A stretch of DNA of 64,000 nt from Thermoplasmatota archaeon (lineage in GTDB: Archaea > Thermoplasmatota > Penumbrarchaeia > Penumbrarchaeales > Penumbrarchaeaceae): NCBI GenBank assembly GCA_025457865.1, contig JALOTP010000001.1, positions 96,457 through 160,456 of the forward strand, in the 5' to 3' direction. The first letter of the stretch is position 1. Every line of letters begins with the position of its first letter. Below, in pieces: positions 9,104-16,693 of this stretch. The translations under genes and the position numbers were made by a program. The notes under the pieces are model-generated. The model made no database searches. It was not told the origin of the DNA and saw only the letters and a program-made list of their open reading frames with translations.

Positions 9104-10288
9104 ATGGAGATGGCAACTAAGACGATAACCGTGACCCAGGATGCATATGACGCGATGGCCCGGCAGAAGAGGGAGGGTGAGAGCTTCTCCGAGCTCTTCC
9201 TGAGATTGACCGGACGGGAATGCAACATCTCGGATTTCCTTGGACTATGGGAGATGGACGATGAGGACCAGAAGGTCTTTGATCAGATCAGGAGGTCCTG
9301 GTTGAATAATACCATTTATTATAACAATCGTCCACTTAATTACGGGACCTTAAATTCATTGTTATGGGATACAGATGGTGATAATATGTCCGACGGTTGG
9401 GAGATAAAATACGGATTCGATCCGTGCGATAACTCGAGCCCTAACAAGAATAATGATGGGGACCAGGACGGGATCAGTGATTACAATGAATATTGTCTTG
9501 AAGATACACCTGGAGCTTTCGTTGAGAACAATGTGACCATAAAGTACCATAACATGTCAAAATGGGGAGCGCAGCCAGACAGAAAAGATATCTTTGTAGA
9601 AGTTGATTGGATGGTCCGTGAATGGTTCGATGATTATTCATTTACTAAAAAAGAATTGAAATTAAACCAAGAAATGAAGGATAAATTGATATTATTATTT
9701 TTCAAACAAATAGAAAAGAACTATTCTTTCACTCTACATATTGATGATGGTTATATGGGTGGAGGTACTCAACTTGATTATCAACCAAGAATATATATAA
9801 ATAAAAAGAATGGAGGTTTTAATGATTTGCAGGATTTTTATTTAAATAATTTTTATTATATATTGAGACAGGGCGTTTTTCATTATTGTGTTATTGGAAA
9901 TGAAGTTTTTTCAAATGGGGAAAGCGAAGATACCGATTGGGTGCCTGGAGTTTCAACAAAAGGACATTTTATTATTGGAGGTGAGTTTCATACTCAAGAA
10001 AAAATGGCTAATGTATTTTTACATGAATTGGGACATACTTTTGGATTACTAAGAGAGGGGGGCAGCAATTTTACAGGGATTGACAATACTGATACTACAA
10101 GACCATGGAAATGTGAGTTTTGGAAATATTTAGAGTATAAAAGTGTTATGAATTATAATTTTATATACGACTTTTTGTTTAATTATTCTGATGGGTCAAA
10201 TGGAAATGATGATTTTGACGATTGGGACTGGATTAATAATAATCTATCATTTTCTCTTTATTTAAAAGGCCTGGGGGTGTGGGATTGA
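9104..10288 (+). CDS. chimeric ORF: VapB/DUF217-type antitoxin (aa ~1-66) fused to DxDxDG repeats and a HExxH zinc-metallopeptidase domain
   Basis: MATKTITVTQDAYDAMARQKREGESFSELFLRL is the antitoxin part. An abrupt GC drop at ~9300 is followed by DTDGDNMSDGWE, DGDQDGISD, DIFVEVDWM, HELGHTFGL and KSVMNY. Confidence 0.75.
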   Translation: MEMATKTITVTQDAYDAMARQKREGESFSELFLRLTGRECNISDFLGLWEMDDEDQKVFDQIRRSWLNNTIYYNNRPLNYGTLNSLLWDTDGDNMSDGWEIKYGFDPCDNSSPNKNNDGDQDGISDYNEYCLEDTPGAFVENNVTIKYHNMSKWGAQPDRKDIFVEVDWMVREWFDDYSFTKKELKLNQEMKDKLILLFFKQIEKNYSFTLHIDDGYMGGGTQLDYQPRIYINKKNGGFNDLQDFYLNNFYYILRQGVFHYCVIGNEVFSNGESEDTDWVPGVSTKGHFIIGGEFHTQEKMANVFLHELGHTFGLLREGGSNFTGIDNTDTTRPWKCEFWKYLEYKSVMNYNFIYDFLFNYSDGSNGNDDFDDWDWINNNLSFSLYLKGLGVWD

Positions 10289-10860
10289 AATATCAAAAAA
10301 TTATTTCTTTAATAATAGTATTATTTTTATCTAGTGGGTGTTTTGATTTTTTTTCTGAGGAAGATTCCTATTTCAGGTTTAAATTTGAATTTAAAATTAA
10401 TGTATATTCTAATAATGACACGTATATGATTTATATACCTATACCAAAAAATGGTTCAAATAAGGGTGTTAATCCAATAATTAAGTATTTTATAAAAGAA
10501 GGAGATATTGAAACGAATATTTCGTTGGTAAAAATAAATGATCGTTTTGAATATGCACTTCAGATAGTTGGGAATGGAAATGCTCGTATTTGGTTAGATA
10601 ACAAAATGATATACAGTTTAGAATATTATTTAGGATACATGTGGTTATACTCAGATGCTAAACATTTATTTTTCTATTTTAATTCTTCGATGGAAGGTTG
10701 TGCGATTGATTATTATTTACAACAAGAAATATTTCACGATGATGGAGCCACTCACAAAATTTTTTATCGAACAGATTCAGATCATTCAGATACTGTTTTA
10801 GTTAATGGATGGAATAATGTAATTGTTTATCAATACGAATCACCAGTAGTAATGAGGTAA
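10279..10860 (+). CDS. predicted lipoprotein (candidate immunity/inhibitor 1)
   Basis: Signal peptide KYQKIISLIIVLFLSSG-C with a lipobox. Overlaps the upstream stop, and the likely start is TTG at 10285. Confidence 0.75.
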   Translation: MGLKYQKIISLIIVLFLSSGCFDFFSEEDSYFRFKFEFKINVYSNNDTYMIYIPIPKNGSNKGVNPIIKYFIKEGDIETNISLVKINDRFEYALQIVGNGNARIWLDNKMIYSLEYYLGYMWLYSDAKHLFFYFNSSMEGCAIDYYLQQEIFHDDGATHKIFYRTDSDHSDTVLVNGWNNVIVYQYESPVVMR

Positions 10861-10864
10861 AATT

Positions 10865-11677
10865 ATGATTAAGACATGTTACAAAAATAATATTATGTGC
10901 CGAGTTCATGACATGTGCAGGTGGGGAGCACAGCCTGATAGGCAGGATATTTTCGTCGAGGTTGACTGGATGGTAGAGGAAAAGTTCCAATACAATTGGG
11001 AGATTGACAGATATGAAACTGAAATATCATATAAAATGTCAGATAAAGTAAAAGAGAAGGTAATAATAGCTTTTTATAAAGCATGCAAATACGGGAATCA
11101 TATCACATTGCACATAGATGACGGATGCATGGGTGGGGGAGGAGATAAAATTGATTATATCTATGAAATTTATGACACATGGAAAAACGATGATGGTGAC
11201 ATGTATGATTTTAAAGGTCATGATGCAAATAATAATTTCAAATTGGATAATAGTGAAGAGGTAACTAATCCATTAACAGGAAAACCATATTTTAGTAGTT
11301 CAAGATCAAAGATATTTCACTATTGTTTGATGGCTTATTATCTTAAAGGCTCTCATAAAACCCTTGGTTCATCAGATGGACCAAATGTTAAAGCCGGGTA
11401 TGATGTAGGGGATCTAGGAGGAGATGATATAACAATCTTTATGGGGGCTCTTGGAAGTGCAAACGATGCTGAAGTGGCTGATGTTTTTATGCATGAGTTA
11501 GGACATAATTTAGGATTGATTGATTATTATTCAAATCCTGATAAAGCAAAGACTATGTATGGTTGGGGACATAATAAATATTTGAATTATAATAATAATT
11601 TAAACGATGGATATGCGGGATGGCAAGAAATGGACTTAACTATATTTACTGATTCGACAAAAGACTTATGGGATTGA
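10865..11677 (+). CDS. N-terminally truncated HExxH zinc-metallopeptidase cassette, paralog of the 9104 C-terminus
   Basis: WGAQPDRQDIFVEVDWMV, TLHIDDGCMGGG, IFHYC and VFMHELGHNLGLID. No signal peptide. Confidence 0.75.
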   Translation: MIKTCYKNNIMCRVHDMCRWGAQPDRQDIFVEVDWMVEEKFQYNWEIDRYETEISYKMSDKVKEKVIIAFYKACKYGNHITLHIDDGCMGGGGDKIDYIYEIYDTWKNDDGDMYDFKGHDANNNFKLDNSEEVTNPLTGKPYFSSSRSKIFHYCLMAYYLKGSHKTLGSSDGPNVKAGYDVGDLGGDDITIFMGALGSANDAEVADVFMHELGHNLGLIDYYSNPDKAKTMYGWGHNKYLNYNNNLNDGYAGWQEMDLTIFTDSTKDLWD

Positions 11678-11689
11678 TGGAGGAATACT

Positions 11690-12190
11690 ATGAAAAATAT
11701 TATAATCTATATATTATCAATAACTTTCATATTAATTATTGGATGCCTTGACAATAATGAACCCAGTCAAGAAATGTATAATGGAAATATTGATTTATCT
11801 ATTCATATTTCAAATAATGATCTTAACCAAATTTTAGTAAATATCTTATTAGAAAATATTGATTCTCACAAAATAACGATTCAACCATTATACTTATGGG
11901 GAAATCTTCAAATTAATATTTCAGATGCAAATGGATTGAAGGTTTTTAGTGCGGATAAACCTAAGTTATTTTCTTTGACAAATGATGATTTGATAACGAT
12001 AAAAGAGAATCAAAATATCACGTTGACAATTAATTTATATGAGCATTTCAATTTTAATCGTAATTTCACACAACCATATTCAATATATGCACAATATAAA
12101 ACTTCAGATATTGGTGGAGGAAATGAAAAGCTTAATTCATGGAAAGGTGAACTAATTTCGAATATAATCGAATTCAAGATAACTTCATAA
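11690..12190 (+). CDS. predicted lipoprotein with Ig-like beta-sandwich (candidate immunity/inhibitor 2)
   Basis: GGAGG RBS, MKNIIIYILSITFILIIG-C lipobox, alternating beta-strand pattern. Confidence 0.78.
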   Translation: MKNIIIYILSITFILIIGCLDNNEPSQEMYNGNIDLSIHISNNDLNQILVNILLENIDSHKITIQPLYLWGNLQINISDANGLKVFSADKPKLFSLTNDDLITIKENQNITLTINLYEHFNFNRNFTQPYSIYAQYKTSDIGGGNEKLNSWKGELISNIIEFKITS

Positions 12191-12302
12191 AGTCGGAGTC
12201 ACAGATTACAGCCAAATTAATTGGCAATATACTGGACACGTCTTAGGCATAATTTGTGATGTTTAAAAATCAAGTAGCATAATTGATGTGCAAGAAATAT
12301 CA

Positions 12303-12628
12303 TCAATCAGGAACGATGAATTGTTCCAGGTACGAGTGAATCTCATCTACATCAACAGGAAGCTTAGAACAATCAACAATGATGATCTCATATCCTGGCA
12401 TCCTATACTGCTCGATCTTCCGGTTCCGGTACTTCTTGGAAACATGGAACTCAATTTCATACAAGGTCCTTGTTGTCTTGTCGCAAAGATCGACATATCC
12501 GTTTGGGACCTCCATTCGGATGATACATCATGTTTCATATCTCTTAGAATCCAGAACAGGATCGCTTTGGCAACGAAATGTTTGTAGGTTTCGTTCGATA
12601 ACTTCGTAAGATGGTTCGGCCCACTCAC
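12303..12628 (-). pseudogene. small PD-(D/E)XK-like nuclease gene split by a one-base frameshift
   Basis: AGGAGG RBS then GTG at 12628. One frame reads ETYKHFVAKAILFWILRDMKHDVSSEW and the adjacent frame continues VPNGYVDLCDKTTRTLYEIEF. One base is missing near 12512. Confidence 0.6.
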
Positions 12629-12731
12629 TGATTTGTTCCTCCTGAGGTCCTATCTTCGGAGGATTACGAGAAAGATATGACAGAGAGAAGAGACAACCAT
12701 ATCAAGAATTCTACCAACGATGACCCCGTCC

Positions 12732-13952
12732 TCATCCCATGCTCCTCTCCACCATCAGTTCCATCGGGAGCAGCTCCGTTTCGACCTTCGACATCTTGGG
12801 GATGTAATGCGCCGCCTTGCCGGAATCGGTACCTACGAGCCCTATGCCCATATCCCTCAAGGGCGTCACCACCATGCAGGTGTCGTCATATATCTCGACC
12901 CCCGCACCCACTATATCGTTCAGGACCCCGGACCCAAGCATGGACCTTACCGCCTTCGACGTGAAAACAATGATGCGCTTGCCCTCTTTGAGCTTCCGTC
13001 CCTTGATGGCGCCATGGAGCCTCCCGAACTCAGCAGGACCGAACTGAGGACAGCCCAGGACGTAGATGTCGGGCTCCTTTTGTGGGGCAGGGTAGAGGTC
13101 CTCCTGTGCTGCCTCGAGCTCCGAAGGTCCTATGACGAGCCTCTCACGGACGATGCCTTCCTTCCGTGACCTCTCCATCATCCTGTGCTCGGGGGTCACC
13201 CCTTCCATATGGAACATCGCATGCCCGCCCTTGGCGGCAAGGGATGCGCCCAGATGCTTGAGGTCTATGATGTCCGGTCTGCCTTTGATGCCAGAGAGAT
13301 GGGCGATCACGGAGTTCCAGTTCTTCCCTATGTAAGCCCCTAGCAGGTCGAAATGGAGATGTGAGAGATTGCCCCTTACCTCGACCTCGAAGGTGGGAAG
13401 CCTACCCCCGTCGAGGTGCAGTCCGTATTCCGGGGTCAGGCCCGTTATGGCCGAGGCAAGTGATGATATCCCGCCCTCCCGGTTGGTCCTTGCCCCCACG
13501 ACCGAGTTGGCATAGATCACGGCATTGGACTCGCCCCATGCCACATGCTCCCCCAGGCGGATAGGGTGGACCGTTCCCGATAATTCGTAGGGGATGCATG
13601 AGCAGGTGGTATCTATCCCCATCTGCGAGAATAGCTCGATTATCCTTGACTGCTTGGAGGCAAAGAAAGGGCCTATGCCCATCCTCTCCCAGCATGCAAG
13701 GTCCATCCCGGCAGGGTTCAGGGATGACGGGACCTTGGCCTTGGCCCCTTTCCGTGTGAACTCCTCAAGGAGCTTCAGCAGGGCCCCCCCGGCCGTGAGA
13801 TAGCTGACGCCGGAGACATGGGCGGACCCTATTGGAAGCATCCGCCCGGCCCCTTCGAGGTCGCCCAGATTGACCAGGACCTTCATGGCAAGGGCTGCGG
13901 CCTCGCCCTCCTCACCTTCAAGGGCCAGCTCCTCCTCCCTGGTCAGCTCCAT
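12732..13952 (-). CDS. aconitase X catalytic subunit (phosphomevalonate dehydratase large subunit-like)
   Basis: AHVSGVSY, LNPAGMD, CSCIPY, WGESNAVIYANSVVGARTNREGG, GCPQ and DTCMVV. Confidence 0.9.
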   Translation of the reverse strand: MELTREEELALEGEEGEAAALAMKVLVNLGDLEGAGRMLPIGSAHVSGVSYLTAGGALLKLLEEFTRKGAKAKVPSSLNPAGMDLACWERMGIGPFFASKQSRIIELFSQMGIDTTCSCIPYELSGTVHPIRLGEHVAWGESNAVIYANSVVGARTNREGGISSLASAITGLTPEYGLHLDGGRLPTFEVEVRGNLSHLHFDLLGAYIGKNWNSVIAHLSGIKGRPDIIDLKHLGASLAAKGGHAMFHMEGVTPEHRMMERSRKEGIVRERLVIGPSELEAAQEDLYPAPQKEPDIYVLGCPQFGPAEFGRLHGAIKGRKLKEGKRIIVFTSKAVRSMLGSGVLNDIVGAGVEIYDDTCMVVTPLRDMGIGLVGTDSGKAAHYIPKMSKVETELLPMELMVERSMG

Positions 13953-14027
13953 GGCCAGGCCATGGACCCTGTATTGAAAAAACTTTCCAAGCCTTTCTAG
14001 CGTGGAGGAACAAGAGGGTGAAGAAAT

Positions 14028-14061
14028 TATTTATATGAGGTAATGTAATGGCGTATTACAT
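14028..14061 (+). promoter_or_regulatory. TATA box and inverted-repeat operator of the RHH-ftsZ-like operon
   Basis: A TTTATAT box preceded by a purine-rich BRE-like run, then ATGTAAT-ggcgt-ATTACAT (14043-14061). Confidence 0.55.
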
Positions 14062-14099
14062 CCTTAATACAATGGTCCGGGATGCACGAGTGAGCAAGA

Positions 14100-14483
14100 A
14101 TGGCAGGAAAACCTCAGACCATATCCGCACGCTTTTCAAGCGAGCAGGTCGAGCTCCTCAACAGGCTCCAGGAGGAGCTGGCCATCTCAAAGACAGATGT
14201 ATTACAGATGGCCCTGGAAGCCCTCTCAAGGGGCAGGTCCACCGTTTCGGGCGGGACGGTAGCGGTCCCTGTCTCGGCGGACACCATGAGGAGGGCCATG
14301 AGGCTCCATCACGATTACGGCCTCAAGCATTCGCTCGAGGCGCTCCTGTCGGAGGCCCTTGACATAGGTGTCAGGGAGCTCAGGAGGACGATCGAGTCCG
14401 ACAGGAAGGGTGACCTCGACCTTGCAAGGTCCGACATGGACGCCGGGCTTGTCGAGGTCCAAAGAGGTGCAGTGAAGGGTTGA
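14100..14483 (+). CDS. tandem ribbon-helix-helix transcription regulator (CdrS/CopG-like)
   Basis: TISARFS..QVELLNRLQ...ISKTDVLQMAL, plus a second RHH-like unit TVAVPVS..TMRRAMRL...SLEALLSEAL. Confidence 0.75.
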   Translation: MAGKPQTISARFSSEQVELLNRLQEELAISKTDVLQMALEALSRGRSTVSGGTVAVPVSADTMRRAMRLHHDYGLKHSLEALLSEALDIGVRELRRTIESDRKGDLDLARSDMDAGLVEVQRGAVKG

Positions 14484-14601
14484 AGGTCCTAGGGCGGTAG
14501 GGATGCCCGCCCTCAGACGGTAACGGACGACCGCAGAGATGCAGGAACAGGAAAGCGGTCCTTGACCTTTCCGGGCGAACAAGAAAAAAGGGGGTATTAG
14601 A

Positions 14602-14790
14602 ATGGATGGGAGAGACCTTACCGAGAAAGCAAGGAGCGACCTGCTCTACCTTGAGCAGCTGAACGTGTATGCGGAGAACACAAGGAACACGCCCGAGTAC
14701 ATCAGGGCGATGGCGATGTACACCCAGGCCCTCCACGTCATAGACGAGAGGTACGGGAACCTGGAGCATATGATATACCGGTCCAAGTGA
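14602..14790 (+). CDS. small hypothetical helical protein (62 aa)
   Basis: GGGGGT RBS upstream, host-like codon usage, fills the gap before the ftsZ-like gene. Confidence 0.65.
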   Translation: MDGRDLTEKARSDLLYLEQLNVYAENTRNTPEYIRAMAMYTQALHVIDERYGNLEHMIYRSK

Positions 14791-14793
14791 GGA

Positions 14794-15852
14794 ATGCTTT
14801 TCATGAGGCCACTCGTACGCTCCCGCGGCAGGGAGGGCAGACTGCTTGTCGTGGGGGTAGGCAGCGGTTCGAGCAGGACCATGGAACTGGTCCAAACGGG
14901 CTCAGGAGGGCCCGTGGACACTCTGTTCGTGACCACCGACGAGTCGGACCTCCAGAGGACTTGTGCCGATGTCAAGTTCCTGATAGGGCGCAGGCTCTGC
15001 GGCGGAAAGGGCGCCATGGGCATAACCGAACTTGGTGAGAGGTCCGCAGAGGACGCAAGACGGGACCTTGAGCCGTACATGACCGGATATCCGTTGATCA
15101 TCATCGTCTCGACTCTAGGCAAGGGGACCGGCAGCGGCGCAGCACCAGTGCTGGCATCCATTGGAGAGGGTCTCGGGGCGTTGGTCCTGAACTTCGCCAT
15201 CATACCATCGGCGAACCTCGAGCCCATGCCAAGGACGGTGGCCAACCATTCAAGGAACAAGATGCTCAAACGGGGCTTCAACCTCGTCACCATAGACCAG
15301 GACAGGTTCATGGAGATGAACGGGAGCCAGCCCTTCGCCCAGACGATGGCCTCACTTGACGCATTGATATCATGGATAGTCATCTCCCTTGGCAATGTCG
15401 TCTTCGGCCAGTCAAAGAGATGCCTGACGGTATCGGACCTCCGTAGTGTGTTCCGGGAGGGCAACGAAGGCACCATCTTCATAGGCGGCAGCTTCACCGG
15501 CGACCCGAAGCACGCCGCGACCGAGTTCGTCACATGCGGACTTATGAAGAGGGACCCCAGGACCGGAAAGGGCTTCATGCTCAATCTCGTCACGCCCATG
15601 GGCGTCAAGGATGCCCAGACCAAGCCATTCATCGAAGCGGTCATGGATGAGGTTGACGGCAGGAACAAGACGGTCTTCGTCGGGAGCCTTGAGGACCCCC
15701 ACCGCAAGGAGATAGTGGACCTCATAGGCATAATAACGGGCATGGAGGACGGAAGCGTTAGGCTCTCGGACATAACGCAGAAGGCCAAAGCGGACAAGGG
15801 CCAGGTCCCCCAGGCCGTCCATGACCGATGGGACATACCTATGATCAGATGA
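14794..15852 (+). CDS. divergent FtsZ/tubulin-family protein
   Basis: [42 protein letters not shown], and T7-like [10 protein letters not shown]. Confidence 0.85.
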   Translation: MLFMRPLVRSRGREGRLLVVGVGSGSSRTMELVQTGSGGPVDTLFVTTDESDLQRTCADVKFLIGRRLCGGKGAMGITELGERSAEDARRDLEPYMTGYPLIIIVSTLGKGTGSGAAPVLASIGEGLGALVLNFAIIPSANLEPMPRTVANHSRNKMLKRGFNLVTIDQDRFMEMNGSQPFAQTMASLDALISWIVISLGNVVFGQSKRCLTVSDLRSVFREGNEGTIFIGGSFTGDPKHAATEFVTCGLMKRDPRTGKGFMLNLVTPMGVKDAQTKPFIEAVMDEVDGRNKTVFVGSLEDPHRKEIVDLIGIITGMEDGSVRLSDITQKAKADKGQVPQAVHDRWDIPMIR

Positions 15853-16225
15853 TCCCATTGCTATTCCTTTTGAGCATCTCCCTTCCTTTTTCTATGAGCG
15901 GTAAGTATTCTTCCTGAGGGTAGGCAAGACCGTCAGGTAGCCGTTCGAAGAGGGCTACATCCGTTATCTCTCCTTCCCTTCGGATGCCTACCTTTGGACC
16001 TATGGTTCCGAAGAAGACCCGCCCAGTGCCCAGGTTCACGGACAGGTCATCGCTGGTATGGAGGATGCTACCCGTTTCCTCCATGAACTCCCTCTTTGCC
16101 GAGGCAACTGGCGTTTCGTCCGGTTCCATCCCGCCCCCCGGCATCTCCCAACCCCCCCTCTTTCGGGACCTGACCATAAGGAACCGGGTCCGGTCATCCG
16201 TGAAAGCTATGCAGTAGGTCCACAT
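15845..16225 (-). CDS. NUDIX hydrolase
   Basis: [27 protein letters not shown] matches the Nudix box. Confidence 0.92.
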   Translation of the reverse strand: MWTYCIAFTDDRTRFLMVRSRKRGGWEMPGGGMEPDETPVASAKREFMEETGSILHTSDDLSVNLGTGRVFFGTIGPKVGIRREGEITDVALFERLPDGLAYPQEEYLPLIEKGREMLKRNSNGII

Positions 16226-16228
16226 CCT

Positions 16229-16693
16229 TCACGCCTCGTAGCCCAGCGTCAGCATGGCAATGGGCCTCAATCCTTCCTTCAGACCGCATGCATCCTTGAC
16301 CTTTGCCTCATCGAAGGCACCGACCCAGCATGTCCCAAGGCCCAGTTCCGAAGCTTTGAGCATGGAATAGGTCGCCGCAATGGTGGCGTCCTGTACGCAG
16401 TAGAGGTCCTTGCCCCTGTCCCCGTAGGAGGCTATGGCCTCCAGGTCTGCGCAGAATATGAGGACGAAGGGCGCTTGGGCGACGAACTCCTGCCCGAAGG
16501 CGGCCTCCGAAAGCTCCTTTCTCTTCGATGCTGCCTTGATGAAGAAGACCTTCCTTGCCTTGAGGTCGCCGGCGGAAGGAGCTAGCTCCGCAGCCTTCAG
16601 GACCCTTTCCACGTCCCTGTCCGAAGGCAGGAAATTGGTGTAAGACCTGACGGAATGCCTCCTGTTGAAGACCGCATCCAGGTCCAGGCTCAG
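16229..16693 (-). CDS. nitroreductase family protein (probable CTG start)
   Basis: APSAG, QDATIAA and LGLGTCWVGAFDE. The conserved N-terminal RRHSVRSY lies upstream of the ORF-track start. No in-frame ATG/GTG/TTG precedes it, and the best start is CTG 16693 overlapping the hutI stop. Confidence 0.85.
   Translation of the reverse strand: MSLDLDAVFNRRHSVRSYTNFLPSDRDVERVLKAAELAPSAGDLKARKVFFIKAASKRKELSEAAFGQEFVAQAPFVLIFCADLEAIASYGDRGKDLYCVQDATIAATYSMLKASELGLGTCWVGAFDEAKVKDACGLKEGLRPIAMLTLGYEA

Larger units (their letters stand above)
9300..12300. mobile_element. AT-rich foreign DNA insert (no mobility gene seen)
   Basis: Sharp compositional switch to A/T-rich sequence and codon usage versus GC-rich flanks. 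The left junction falls inside an ORF, and the right boundary is fuzzy (12300-12720). Confidence 0.7.

Noticed and set aside
9292-12651. GAGGTCCT at 9292-9299 and 12644-12651 as a target-site duplication
   Set aside because: Only 8 bp, and the word recurs often in this window. The sequence after the right copy does not visibly restore vapB or vapC.
14788-14796. In-frame TGA-GGA-ATG between the small ORF and the ftsZ-like gene (readthrough or selenocysteine?)
   Set aside because: Similar in-frame junctions occur at 16223-16231 and 40896-40901 between unrelated genes. There is no Cys-equivalent context, and ordinary translational coupling explains it.
14646-15836. 396-aa minus-strand ORF
   Set aside because: Antisense shadow of the ftsZ-like gene. 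It is Ser/Met/Pro-rich with no motifs, as expected from GC-biased codon usage.
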